A stretch of DNA of 64,000 bases from a virus (lineage: Duplodnaviria > Caudoviricetes): positions 32,001 to 96,000 of IMG/VR virus record IMGVR_UViG_3300032038_000033, one strand, 5' to 3'. Every line of letters begins with the position of its first letter. Position 1 is the stretch's first letter. The notes beneath the pieces were generated by a model. That model had not been told where the DNA came from and ran no database searches. It saw only the letters and a list, made by a program, of their open reading frames with translations. Below, in pieces: positions 9,579 through 19,667 of this stretch. Both the position numbers and the translations under genes were made by a program.

Positions 9579-10575
9579 TTATTATATTTATCATCATACT
9601 GATGATGACGGTTGGAGTTCAGCAGCAATTACTATATTACATTTACTTGAAACTGGAAAGATAACCTCATGGGAAGATGATAGATTAAATTTGATTTCAT
9701 ACAGTTACGAACCGATTAATTTCTTTTTACCTATGAGAAATTATGTAGAAGGTGATGAAGTATTTATTGTTGATTTATCTGTATCATTAGCTACTTCAAC
9801 TAAATTTAATAATTTCTTAGTTTTACTTAACACTGTTGGCTCTAAGTTAACTTGGATAGACCACCATTTATCTTCTGAAAATGTGTTGAATGATAACATA
9901 GATGACATTAAAACATTATTTATAAAATATAATTTTAATTATTATGTTAATAAAGATAATTGTGCTTCTTTTAATTGTTGGAATTATTTCTTTAAGGATA
10001 GGCCGATACCTGAAATAATTAGAATTATTGATGATTGGGATTGTTTCAAGCATAAACTGTCAATAACAAAGCCGTTTCACTATGGTTTTGTGTCAAGTAA
10101 AAAGAATTTACCCTTTATTACAGATTGGCAAGATATTTTACTTGACAGAGGTAAATGTTTATCTTTTGTAAATCAATGTGTTGAAAATGGTAAAGCTGTA
10201 ATAAATTTCTTAGAAGAAGAAAATATGGTGAATTATAGCAATTATCATTTTGAATGTAAGTTATATGGTTTTAATTGTTGTTGTTTAAATGCTCGTAGAA
10301 ATAGTGATATATTTATAGATTATGATAAATATGATTTAGTATTATCATTTATATATGATGGTAAATATTATAAATATTCTTTATATAGTGCAGGAAAACA
10401 AAAAGAAGTATTTTGTAATATAATTTCTTCAATTTATGGTGGTGGCGGTCATAAAGGTGCTGCCGGATTTACAAGTCCAAAACTTATTGTAGATAAGTAT
10501 TATACTAAATTATATAAAATAAAAGATTTCATTCGTTCTTTTAAATATAAAAAGTTGCTTAGGAAAGGAAAATGA
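9571..10575 (+). CDS. DHH/DHHA1 family phosphoesterase
   Basis: YHHTDDDG, IVDLS, WIDHH, GGGHKGAAGF motifs. Confidence 0.9.
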   Translation: MSNYYIYHHTDDDGWSSAAITILHLLETGKITSWEDDRLNLISYSYEPINFFLPMRNYVEGDEVFIVDLSVSLATSTKFNNFLVLLNTVGSKLTWIDHHLSSENVLNDNIDDIKTLFIKYNFNYYVNKDNCASFNCWNYFFKDRPIPEIIRIIDDWDCFKHKLSITKPFHYGFVSSKKNLPFITDWQDILLDRGKCLSFVNQCVENGKAVINFLEEENMVNYSNYHFECKLYGFNCCCLNARRNSDIFIDYDKYDLVLSFIYDGKYYKYSLYSAGKQKEVFCNIISSIYGGGGHKGAAGFTSPKLIVDKYYTKLYKIKDFIRSFKYKKLLRKGK

Positions 10576-10578
10576 CCT

Positions 10579-11583
10579 ATGCTTATAAGAGGTAAAGGTA
10601 ATATTGCTTCATATACATTAGACGGAAAAACAAGAAGTTATAGTGACGGAGATTTACGTCTGGTTAATATGGAAACAGTTCAAATGATTGAGGGTATTAA
10701 AGCTTCACAAGGTATATATTATTTAGTAGCTTATGTTAGTACAGGTAGAACGAATTATGGTCCTATAAGTTTTAATGCAGTACACCCAGCTTCTTATTCA
10801 TTGCAACCGATTGACCTTAAAAACATTACTGATATTGATAAAAATAATAACTTTGTTAATGAATCTAATGGTTATAGAGTTGTTTTGGCGAATAAAGATG
10901 ATAAATTTTATCGTGCGAGAGATACTAATAATATTTATATTATTAGAAAATATATGAGACAGTTATCTCGTAACATGACATATTTTATTTTATCATTTGG
11001 TAATAACTTTAAAAATGCATTAACTAAATTATTTTCTTGGAATTGGCTTACAACAGAAAGTAGTGGCGGTGGTAAATATTCTTATACAGCAAGAACATTA
11101 ATGCTTCATAAATTAACCAATGAGGAAGATAGTAGATATGATGACTGTTTGGGTGTTAACGGTATAGAAATAGTTAAACTCGGTAGATACACTACTAAAG
11201 AAAATATAGCAGTAGAAATAAATAAAATACAAAGAGAATATTCTAAGTTTATAAGAGGTACTTTATCTTGTTTTGAACCCCCAAAAGTATATCAGTTAGG
11301 TGCAGATAGGCTCAAAGCAAGTAACATACAAGCTGGTAATCCGTATCAAGGTGGAGGTGCATCTTATAGATATACTACTTCTCCTTATATATCAAATAAT
11401 AAGGTAATTGCTGACGCTGGCTTATATATAGATAAAAATACTTGGTTAAGGTCAGGTATTGATTATGATATAAGTTTTCCCACATATAGTTCAAGTAAGA
11501 AAACATATAAACTTACTTATAAATTCAAAGGTCAGTATATAGGACTTGGAACCAAAGAAGTTTATTTTAATTTTACTAAATAA
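10579..11583 (+). CDS. Hypothetical protein (beta-rich, possibly structural)
   Basis: 334-aa ORF with RBS. Confidence 0.6.
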   Translation: MLIRGKGNIASYTLDGKTRSYSDGDLRLVNMETVQMIEGIKASQGIYYLVAYVSTGRTNYGPISFNAVHPASYSLQPIDLKNITDIDKNNNFVNESNGYRVVLANKDDKFYRARDTNNIYIIRKYMRQLSRNMTYFILSFGNNFKNALTKLFSWNWLTTESSGGGKYSYTARTLMLHKLTNEEDSRYDDCLGVNGIEIVKLGRYTTKENIAVEINKIQREYSKFIRGTLSCFEPPKVYQLGADRLKASNIQAGNPYQGGGASYRYTTSPYISNNKVIADAGLYIDKNTWLRSGIDYDISFPTYSSSKKTYKLTYKFKGQYIGLGTKEVYFNFTK

Positions 11584-11712
11584 CTTTAATAGTTTATTTA
11601 GATTTTTATTAAACCTTTTTAATATTTATGTGTTATACTAATTATATAAAAAGAGGAACACATAAATGTTGAAAAGGTTTTTAAATTTTTGTATTATAAG
11701 GAGGCTTTATTT

Positions 11713-11937
11713 ATGAATAATAAGAATAATTTCACATTAGGTGGTAGGGATTTAACTAAAGGTAGATTATCTACAATGGAAACCACCTTTCTCGCTGCTA
11801 ATCTAAATAGTATCGAAAAAGAAAGAAATGAACAAAAGTATTTTTCTGAAACTACACCGTCAAGTATTAAAACTATTGCTACTATAATTGTAATTGCAAT
11901 TATTATTTTACAGTGCTTGCCAATATTTTTCAAATGA
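11713..11937 (+). CDS. Small membrane protein
   Basis: C-terminal hydrophobic helix; dyad-box promoter upstream. Confidence 0.55.
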   Translation: MNNKNNFTLGGRDLTKGRLSTMETTFLAANLNSIEKERNEQKYFSETTPSSIKTIATIIVIAIIILQCLPIFFK

Positions 11938-12078
11938 CTTAATTTAATATTTATAAAAACTTGTTTATTTGTTAATTTTTATGTGTTAAAATAAATTTGT
12001 AAAGAAAGAAAATTAGAGAAAAAAAATGTAGAAAGTGAGGTTGTTTGCAAGATATTAAATATCTTGGAGGTAGAAATT

Positions 12079-12648
12079 ATGAGAAGGAGTACACTATTAA
12101 ATAAATCTAAATCAATTATACTTAATAATCATATTGTTGATAATATACTAAATAATACATTAACAACAATTATCATGCCAGTTACTAATAAAAATTTATA
12201 CAGTGCTAATGATATACTTTATTGTAAGGAAAGCGTTTATGTAGTTCCGCTTAGTATTGCAGTAGAATTTGAGAAGAAGAACAATATAGAACGAACTTCA
12301 TTTGATGAAACATATAGTTATTATTATACGGAAAAAATCTTAGATTTGAATGATTTTTCAGGTGTGGTTAAATCTAATACGAAAAATAATTGTAGATGTT
12401 TTATAAAGGTAACTAAATCAGTTCTTTGTAATACAGATTATATTACTGATGATATTGCTAAGTCTTTAGGTTTTGAAAATAAGAAGGAACTTGCCAAAAG
12501 TTATAATTCATATATAAAGTATTATTTAGACATGACGTGTAAGAATGAATGTCAGAAAGTAAATCTATTTAAAAATATTTATCAGTTTAATAAAAATCCT
12601 GATATTCAGTTAGTTTCATTTGAGCGATTAGAAAGCTCTGATGAATAA
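12079..12648 (+). CDS. ASCH-like domain protein
   Basis: IL...TT...DILYCKE ... DIAKSLGF ... NPDIQLVSFE pattern. Confidence 0.5.
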   Translation: MRRSTLLNKSKSIILNNHIVDNILNNTLTTIIMPVTNKNLYSANDILYCKESVYVVPLSIAVEFEKKNNIERTSFDETYSYYYTEKILDLNDFSGVVKSNTKNNCRCFIKVTKSVLCNTDYITDDIAKSLGFENKKELAKSYNSYIKYYLDMTCKNECQKVNLFKNIYQFNKNPDIQLVSFERLESSDE

Positions 12649-12753
12649 CATATAAGAATATTTACTAATTATTTATTTATATTCAATTAATAATGACACT
12701 ACTAATATAAAATAGTAGTGTCATTATTATTTTTTGCAAAGGAGATAATTAAA

Positions 12754-13227
12754 ATGGTAATAGATACAAGTACAATAGTTGTGATTTGTAGTGTTATCAC
12801 ATCTGTTGCCGGCGCAGGTGCCGTTATAAATAAAAGTATTAAGAAATGGTCCGATAAAGTCACCGATAAACTTAAAGCTGATATTATGAAGGAAGTAGGT
12901 GTTGATATGGACGCTATGAAAAAGGAATTTGCTGAAAAGTATAGTTCAGCGGTCGCAGATTTTAACGCTAAGTTAGATATTGTTGTAAGTGCTATGACTG
13001 AAACTAAACAATATCGAAGTAAGAGAGAAAATGATGAAAAGAAATTTAGATTAGCAACATTAAAAGGTCTTATTGTATCTGCGCACGGTACTTATGTGCC
13101 TATAGGTAAAATAGACACTCACGTTCTAAGTACACTTGAAGATGTTTATGATGAGTATAAAGAACTGGGTGGCAATCATTTTGTTGATAATCTAATGGAA
13201 GATTTAAGAAAATTACAAAAAATATAA
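12754..13227 (+). CDS. Holin-like / lysis-associated membrane protein
   Basis: N-terminal TM helix, coiled coil, Y.ELGGNH..D.LM..L..L C-terminus typical of Firmicutes phage lysis-module proteins. Confidence 0.55.
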   Translation: MVIDTSTIVVICSVITSVAGAGAVINKSIKKWSDKVTDKLKADIMKEVGVDMDAMKKEFAEKYSSAVADFNAKLDIVVSAMTETKQYRSKRENDEKKFRLATLKGLIVSAHGTYVPIGKIDTHVLSTLEDVYDEYKELGGNHFVDNLMEDLRKLQKI

Positions 13228-13242
13228 GGAGGTTGATTTAAA

Positions 13243-14625
13243 ATGTCAACTGAAATAGCAACAAACGGTATTCAATATACAGATAGATATAATAGCTCAG
13301 TTGGATATAAATGCTGTACAACCGTAGAACATAATATTATATTAACTCATAATAGTTCTATACAACCCACAACAGTTGATATTCCGCAAACTGATGCTAA
13401 TTGTCATGTTCTTATGATGCATTTATATAATAATGATACATTAGTTAACTTGTGTAATGTATCAAATATTGAAATTAAATTTATATGTGGAGATAAAACA
13501 GTTATTGGTGATTATCGGAGATTAGCTATTGTTAATGCTTGCAAAGGCATAGTGTCCTATTTATTAGACAAAGATGCTACAAGTCATTTAGGTACTAATT
13601 CTATAAAATTAACATTAACTATCGGTACAGGTACAGTTACATTTGACGGCACATATAACGTAGTTCCAAATGTTCAAACTGATACTACTACTATTGTATT
13701 ACCTGATACTTGTAGAGATACAGAATATGTTTATGGTCCGTATTGTAGGCATACATTATCCTATAAAAATTCTTCTACAACTGATTCCGCAGATAGTGAT
13801 GATGATTGTAATTGTGATTGCAATTGTCCTTCTTGTCCTGTATATCCTGACGGAGCTGATGAAATAACACTTAGAGAATTATATTTTATTACAATGGGTC
13901 ATATCAATAATAAATCTTTACACCTTAATAATAAGAGAATTGAAACTCTTAGTAGCTGTTTTAAAACTGTAGAAAATTATGCCGATTTACTTAATGAAAT
14001 TAGTTGTTCTTGTAGTGGAGATAAAATAGCTAATGGTAGATTATATCGAGTTAATAATGTTAATGGTGAAGTGAAATATTATTATTGGGATGCTCCTTCT
14101 ATTTCATTTAAAGAAACTACTTTTGGTAGTCAAGGTGAGCCTGGTAGAGACGCTGATGACATTACTTGGAATGAAACAGGCTATAGCGGAATAGTGAATT
14201 ATAATGTAGGTAATTTAACTGCTGGTACTGACATATCTAATATGACTATTACTCAAATATTAGCTAAGATGTTTGGTATGGGTAAAGTTGTGCCTACACC
14301 TATTATAATGGGCGAAAATGCAGAATATGATTATATTCAAACAATAGCTTTATCATTCCCGATTACAAATCTTGTAAATGAATTGGTTGCTAATATAGAT
14401 TTAGAGAAAATAACTGTAACTGGCAATAAAGAATTTACAAGCAACATATTATTTGATGATGTTAGCAATATGATAGTAATAACATTAAGTAGTTTACTTG
14501 AAGATACTACTATAACTATTAACTTTGCAGAAGGAACTGTTTCACAAACTGGCAATATAGAATATGGCTATGAGCTAACAACAGTAAATTCTGAGCAGAA
14601 AGAAATTACAATAAAAGTGAACTAA
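13243..14625 (+). CDS. Tail/baseplate protein with BppU-like N-terminal domain
   Basis: L.NN...V.L..V..IEIKF....K.V.G....IVNA.KG.V.Y.L pattern; Cys-rich linker; short collagen-like GSQGEPGRD. Confidence 0.5.
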   Translation: MSTEIATNGIQYTDRYNSSVGYKCCTTVEHNIILTHNSSIQPTTVDIPQTDANCHVLMMHLYNNDTLVNLCNVSNIEIKFICGDKTVIGDYRRLAIVNACKGIVSYLLDKDATSHLGTNSIKLTLTIGTGTVTFDGTYNVVPNVQTDTTTIVLPDTCRDTEYVYGPYCRHTLSYKNSSTTDSADSDDDCNCDCNCPSCPVYPDGADEITLRELYFITMGHINNKSLHLNNKRIETLSSCFKTVENYADLLNEISCSCSGDKIANGRLYRVNNVNGEVKYYYWDAPSISFKETTFGSQGEPGRDADDITWNETGYSGIVNYNVGNLTAGTDISNMTITQILAKMFGMGKVVPTPIIMGENAEYDYIQTIALSFPITNLVNELVANIDLEKITVTGNKEFTSNILFDDVSNMIVITLSSLLEDTTITINFAEGTVSQTGNIEYGYELTTVNSEQKEITIKVN

Positions 14626-14777
14626 ATGAATCTTTTAAACTAATTTATAAATATAAAGGGTATCGTTTTATTTGAGATGCCCTTTATAATTTTTTATGTT
14701 TTATTTACATTAATTTAATTTTATATTAATACATACACGTCTTAAATGTGTTATAATTAGTGTAGAAAGAAAGGTGA

Positions 14778-15263
14778 ATGTATGTGAAACTTACAATAAG
14801 AGAAAACTATTTCGGTAATGCCTATCTGCTTACAAGAAATGGAGATGAAATAGATGTTTTAAATCACCCTACTGAAAATTTTGAATTTGAAAGCATATTG
14901 TATTTACTTGAAAACTTTGGCACAGAAGAAGATAAGCGATTAGCTTTAGAATATGAACAAAATCAATTTGACTATTTAAAAGACCAAATTTTACAGAATT
15001 ACAATGAAAATTATTGTAAAGTAAGAGTGTGGGGAATATTTGCTGATGAAGTGACTTTTAGAATTACTTCAACAGATAAATTTAATTGGTACAATATTAT
15101 TGTTGAATTTCTTTTAAAACATAGATATACAAATTCTTTAATTACAGTTGAATCTAACAAAAATGAAAATTATAGAATTTATTGGAACAAAGTAACTTAT
15201 GATTGTGCCGTTAATCCGATAAATAAAATGATTTTGGAAAAGAAACTAAAAAGAACAAAGTAA
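14778..15263 (+). CDS. Tagged protein (VKLTIRE)
   Basis: N-terminal tag; RBS. Confidence 0.6.
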   Translation: MYVKLTIRENYFGNAYLLTRNGDEIDVLNHPTENFEFESILYLLENFGTEEDKRLALEYEQNQFDYLKDQILQNYNENYCKVRVWGIFADEVTFRITSTDKFNWYNIIVEFLLKHRYTNSLITVESNKNENYRIYWNKVTYDCAVNPINKMILEKKLKRTK

Positions 15264-15460
15264 AAGTTAACATTTATTTAACATTATTATAACACGTTTT
15301 ACATAAATATATGTTATACTAATAAATGTAGAAAAGAGTAAATAACCACTTAAACTATTGTAAGGGTAATTCATAGTTACACTTACGAATAAGGTACTAA
15401 TTCAACTCGTACTGATTAAAGTTTGTGTGCTTTTATGATAGGGTTATTTACTCTATATAA

Positions 15461-15535
15461 GGTCGGTTGGTCAAGTGGTTAAGACATTGACCTTTCACGG
15501 CAAAGTCACGGGTTCAATTCCTGTACCGACTACCA
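15461..15535 (+). tRNA. tRNA-Glu (TTC)
   Basis: Cloverleaf, loop CTTTCAC, TTCAA T-loop, CCA. Confidence 0.9.
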
Positions 15536-15675
15536 AATCCGAAATTATAAAATGATAGCTGATTTTATTTGAGTAGGCGTTGCTCACGTTACGAGAAGTC
15601 AGTTTTACGTTTCTGGCGCATAGGAAATTTAGATTAACGTGACCAATGGTTGTGAGGTAAATCAACCTCCTATGT

Positions 15676-15751
15676 TGGGTATTAGCCAAGTGGTAAGGCA
15701 GAGGACTTTGACTCCTTCATTTCGCTGGTTCAAATCCAGCATACCCAGCCA
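15676..15751 (+). tRNA. tRNA-Gln (TTG)
   Basis: Cloverleaf, loop CTTTGAC, CCA. Confidence 0.95.
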
Positions 15752-15838
15752 TAGCCTATAAAGGCTTATTCATTTTTAATTTCTCGTTTCTGACAAATCG
15801 GAATAGACGGTTGACAGCTTGGACAGACAAGTATTTAT

Positions 15839-15909
15839 GTACCTGTAGTAGGTAGAGCACCGTCCTTTTAAGGGGGTTGTCGTGAGTTCAAGTCTCACCA
15901 GGTACACCA
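15839..15909 (+). tRNA. tRNA-Lys (TTT) with deleted D-arm (atypical/pseudo)
   Basis: Acceptor GTACCTG/CAGGTAC, T-arm and CCA intact; D-arm reduced to TAGTAGGTAGAGC. Confidence 0.65.
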
Positions 15910-16020
15910 TTAAGAGTAAAGCGTTTATTCTGCTTAAAAAATTAGTTAACTTCCTTTTATTTATTTGATGGATTGTGATTAGCAGAATGAGTTGGTTAAC
16001 GAATAGCTTTACTCTTGTGC

Positions 16021-16097
16021 CGAGGTGTAACTCAGCTTGGTAGAGTGCTTGGTTTGGGACCAAGATGCCATAGGTTCAAATCCTGTCACCTCGACCA
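16021..16097 (+). tRNA. tRNA-Pro (TGG)
   Basis: Cloverleaf, loop TTTGGGA, CCA. Confidence 0.95.
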
Positions 16098-16122
16098 TAA
16101 AATAAGAAAGGAGTTAAGCAAA

Positions 16123-16545
16123 ATGATTACTTTATTAGAAAGTAAAGATAATGCCTTAATAGGTATTTGGTGGTGGACTGGTAATGAAATCATTGGTAAA
16201 TCTTGTTTAGTTGACAATGGATTTACAGATAATCGTTACATTCAATATTCTGATAAAGAAAATCATTTAACTCTTTGGAGAAAAATATGCGAAGAAAACA
16301 ATATACCTAAAGAAATCATAAATAAAGGATATAAGTATTATGAGAGGGGAAGAGTAATCTATAATCTTATGTCACAAAGTTTTGAAGTTATTCTTAGTCA
16401 AGATTTATATGGTAATAAAGATTTTAAACGTGAGTGTAAAGATTATTTCAATTTATATAATTGTCGAGTAGAATTTATTCCATTAAATCATTATTACCGA
16501 GTTGATACAGATAATCCAGCTATATTAGATTTTGAATACGATTAA
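16123..16545 (+). CDS. Tagged hypothetical protein (MITLLE) inside the tRNA array
   Basis: True start after GAAAGGAG; GIWWW, NHLTLW, YERGRV, NHY motifs shared with ORF 1..275. Confidence 0.7.
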   Translation: MITLLESKDNALIGIWWWTGNEIIGKSCLVDNGFTDNRYIQYSDKENHLTLWRKICEENNIPKEIINKGYKYYERGRVIYNLMSQSFEVILSQDLYGNKDFKRECKDYFNLYNCRVEFIPLNHYYRVDTDNPAILDFEYD

Positions 16546-16826
16546 AGATAGGAAAGAATTTATTTACGATTATCTTAAAAGAATTACTAAAGTTTAACAA
16601 TTACTTAACATTTATATAACATATTTTTAAATAATATGTGTTATACTATAATAGTAATACAAATAAATAAGATTGGTGCTACGGGCTATGACTATGTTTA
16701 CAACGTTTATGATATAGAGGCATCCGTTCGGGATATCCTCTTAGAGGAGTTGAACTTAATAATAGGCTTTGAGTATTACACCAGCAGTAGTTAAATGGAG
16801 TTTGATGAACAGCCAATTTTATATAG

Positions 16827-16903
16827 GTGCCTTTAGCTCAGTTGGAAAGAGTAACTGCCTTCTAAGCAGTAGGTTATTGGTTCAAATCCAATAAGGCATA
16901 CCA
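16827..16903 (+). tRNA. tRNA-Arg (TCT)
   Basis: Cloverleaf, loop CTTCTAA, CCA. Confidence 0.95.
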
Positions 16904-17239
16904 TATAAAGATTGTAGTGAGTATAAAGCCATAAGAAATTAAGATTTCAATGTACAAACTTATACTTTATAACTTCCGTACAAGGTTTAGTGTAAGAGAA
17001 ATCAGAGATTAGATAAATGGTGTAGCGGTAGCACGTTTCCACTATAAGGAAAAGGGTAGCAGTTCAAGCCTGCATTTATCGACCAAAAAGAAAATCTCTT
17101 AAAATTAGTATCTTATGAAAAACAATGGTAAAATGAGAAGTTACAACTTAGTCGGTTTGGAGAAAGACTGTAGGTAAGTGATGTGTACACAAATCCTACC
17201 CATTGTCCTATAGGTGAAAATCCTATAGCAATCTTTATA
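16904..17239 (+). ncRNA. Candidate structured ncRNA enclosing a tRNA-like element
   Basis: Closing stem TATAAAGATTG/CAATCTTTATA plus several internal pairings. Confidence 0.5.
17011..17085 (+). tRNA. Atypical tRNA, apparent anticodon TAT (Ile), lacking U33
   Basis: D-arm GTGT/GCAC, anticodon stem TTTCC/GGAAA, loop ACTATAA, T-loop TTCAAGC, 1-72 mismatch, CCA. Confidence 0.55.
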
Positions 17240-17245
17240 ATATAT

Positions 17246-17335
17246 CTATGTGTAGTATTTATATCATGATACGCTCTGGCCAGAATATAAATATGATATT
17301 GGAAAATGTTAGTTCGATTCTAACCACATAGGCCA
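17246..17335 (+). ncRNA. tRNA-like element without a canonical anticodon arm
   Basis: Acceptor CTATGTG/CACATAG, T-arm GTTAG-TTCGATT-CTAAC, GCCA end. Confidence 0.55.
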
Positions 17336-17568
17336 GCTGACTTGTCAATGTCGTTAAACTTGATAAGTGACAACAGCTTGAAAGCAATTTGGAAGTTGAC
17401 GGTTCGTTTCCGTTTTAATGCAGAGTTTGGCTGCGCAATGACCTCTTTGTAAATGTGATTCCTCCTACTTGTTGCCGCTGTAAGGTGATTTATGAGTAAA
17501 AATACCGAAAGATATTTACAGCTATTGATTAGGTAAAGCTATCGTAGAGGATTGCCGATAGCAGATAT

Positions 17569-17644
17569 GCTGAATAATCCAAAGAAACGAGGTAATTTCC
17601 AAAGTGAAATTAATTAATTGGTGTAAGTCCAATATTCAGCACCA
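17569..17644 (+). ncRNA. Degenerate tRNA-like element
   Basis: Acceptor GCTGAAT/ATTCAGC+ACCA, T-stem ATTGG/CCAAT, non-7-nt anticodon loop. Confidence 0.5.
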
Positions 17645-17791
17645 GAGTTCCAGATAGCTTTAGAGGAAATACACATAAAATTTAGCTATCATAATTGTGT
17701 GTGGCGAGTGATACGTTGCATAAGGCTATTAAGTTAGGTCTGTTTATATCACAATAACTTATGACAGTCTGGAAAGACAGACATTCATAAT

Positions 17792-17878
17792 GCTGCTGTG
17801 GTGGAATAGGCAGACACCTCGGACTTAAAATCCGATGATAGAAATATCGTACCAGTTCAAGTCTGGTCAGCAGCACCA
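17792..17878 (+). tRNA. tRNA-Leu (TAA)
   Basis: Cloverleaf with long variable arm, CCA. Confidence 0.95.
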
Positions 17879-17883
17879 TTTAT

Positions 17884-17959
17884 TCCTCCTTAACTCAGTC
17901 GGTAGAGTGACGCTCTGTTAAAGCGTAGGTCGTTGGTTCAAGTCCAACAGGGGGAGCCA
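17884..17959 (+). tRNA. tRNA-Asn (GTT)
   Basis: Cloverleaf, loop CTGTTAA, CCA. Confidence 0.95.
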
Positions 17960-18070
17960 TTTTAGGTATAAGGGCGTTAAATAAGCTACCAATGTATTAA
18001 ATTCTAAACGGTGAAACGTTGAACGTTGGGTAGAGCGAGAATTTAATCCTTATTTAGCGCCCGTCTATAA

Positions 18071-18145
18071 GGCCCTTTGGTCAAGTGGTTAAGACGAGAG
18101 CTTTTCACGCTCTAATCGTGGGTTCGATTCCCGCAAGGGTCACCA
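18071..18145 (+). tRNA. tRNA-Glu (TTC), second copy
   Basis: Cloverleaf, loop TTTTCAC, CCA. Confidence 0.93.
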
Positions 18146-18293
18146 TATAGCCTATATAAGTTTAGTTTTTATCTTAGTTGTGGTTGTTGCGAATGAAACC
18201 GTCCTTTCATTAGTAAGTCTAATATTAAAAAATTAACACCCTCACAGTTAATTATTTATGTTTATTGACTAAATACTATATAGGCTATTATCT

Positions 18294-18369
18294 GTGTCTG
18301 TAGCTCAGTTGGTAGAGCAGAGCACTTTTAATGCTAAGGTCAAGGGTTCAAATCCCTTCAGGCACACCA
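18294..18369 (+). tRNA. tRNA-Lys (TTT)
   Basis: Cloverleaf, loop CTTTTAA, CCA. Confidence 0.95.
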
Positions 18370-18466
18370 GGGTTGATATATTTTAACCTCATCTCATTCA
18401 TTTTTAATTCATCCTTTGTTTTTAAGTTCGAGTTGTTTGGACGACTATTATGTTTTTAGCACCTAA

Positions 18467-18492
18467 AGTAATTTTTAGGTGCTACTTTTTTA
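18467..18492 (+). terminator. Intrinsic terminator ending the tRNA array
   Basis: TAGCACCTAAA/TTTAGGTGCTA stem plus T-run. Confidence 0.75.
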
Positions 18493-18505
18493 CTTTTATC
18501 TAAAA

Positions 18506-18560
18506 GTTAATAATTAGTTTACATTATTATAAAGACAACTTAATAAATATCTGTTATACT
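18506..18560 (+). promoter_or_regulatory. Dyad-box / extended -10 promoter (representative copy)
   Basis: GTTAA-N7-TTTACA, 31-nt spacer, TG-T-TATACT. Confidence 0.8.
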
Positions 18561-18618
18561 ATAAGTACAGTAAAAAATACAAAACAAAACAATAATGAAA
18601 AAAATGGAGGAATTAAAA

Positions 18619-18984
18619 ATGACAAACACAACAACAAACATTCAGACATTCAACCCTTATGCAATCTATGAGGAAATTTATGGCTATGATAGCCTTGATG
18701 TAATGACAAGAGAAGAAATAGGCTCAGATTATTATTATCACACTCTTGTTAAGAATGTAAGAGAAGCAGAGAAGTTCAACTATCATACCGATTACTGGGG
18801 TTTTGATGAAGATTATCAGGAAAATGCAGTTGAATTTGTAAGAGAAGTTAAGCCTTATATCGGCAAACGAGTTGGCATTGAATGTGATGACGGCAATACT
18901 CTTATCTGTAAGATAGTGGGTGTTTTTATAGATAGACAGTATAATAGTCACCTTAAAATTCTTATTGAAGATGTTGAAGAATAA
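18619..18984 (+). CDS. Hypothetical early protein
   Basis: GGAGG RBS after promoter. Confidence 0.65.
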   Translation: MTNTTTNIQTFNPYAIYEEIYGYDSLDVMTREEIGSDYYYHTLVKNVREAEKFNYHTDYWGFDEDYQENAVEFVREVKPYIGKRVGIECDDGNTLICKIVGVFIDRQYNSHLKILIEDVEE

Positions 18985-19035
18985 AAAAGTTATTTAGTTA
19001 ATGCAAAAAAAAACAACAATTTTGTAAGGGGTTAA

Positions 19036-19047
19036 ACTACTAATAAT
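19036..19047 (+). promoter_or_regulatory. Putative late promoter motif ACTACTAATA (representative copy)
   Basis: Recurs upstream of tagged genes and the holin/BppU operon, often after an A-tract. Confidence 0.55.
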
Positions 19048-19148
19048 GTAAGTATTTAACCCCTTATACAAATAAAAATAAATTAATAATAGAGAATAAG
19101 GCGTTATAAGTTTACTAAATTGATTAGTTAGAAAGGATTTTGATTTAT

Positions 19149-19556
19149 ATGGTTAAAAGATTAAGATTAAATGAAAGTGCTAATGATGATATGGAAATCA
19201 TAGAAGTAATGAATAAAATTAAACAAAGTAATGTGTTCAATCGCAATTTTGATATATATTATTTTGTATGGAATGATAAGCATTTAGAATTAAAAGCAGG
19301 AATTATGTTAGATAGATATTTTCATTACGATAAACTATTTCTTTTTTATAATTCCGCTGAATCTAAAATTCTTAAAATGTCTTTTGAATTGTCTGAGCCA
19401 TGTGATGTGATTAATGAATCTATGAGGAGATTAGCCAATGTGTTTGACAAAGTAGATTATGATAGTGTAAATAGTTATTTAGATACTTTAAAGAATTTAT
19501 GCATAAGTAAGAGTATAGATTATATAGATTTTTATAAAGAATTTATTAGATACTAA
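19149..19556 (+). CDS. Tagged protein (MVKRLRLNE); distant paralog of 54397..54759
   Basis: Tag; LELKAG/LYFEAG and LDTLKNLC/LDTVLDIC similarities. Confidence 0.65.
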   Translation: MVKRLRLNESANDDMEIIEVMNKIKQSNVFNRNFDIYYFVWNDKHLELKAGIMLDRYFHYDKLFLFYNSAESKILKMSFELSEPCDVINESMRRLANVFDKVDYDSVNSYLDTLKNLCISKSIDYIDFYKEFIRY

Positions 19557-19667
19557 CTTATAAAATTTATAACGCAAAAAAAAAACAAACAAATTCCTTT
19601 CATAACTAACTAATATTATAAAGTAAAATAACTTTATTATATTATAATAATGAAAGGAATTTTTATT

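Noticed and set aside
15495-17879. Minus-strand ORFs 15495, 15776, 17682 and the 5' extension of ORF 16015
   Set aside because: They are shadows of tRNA genes.
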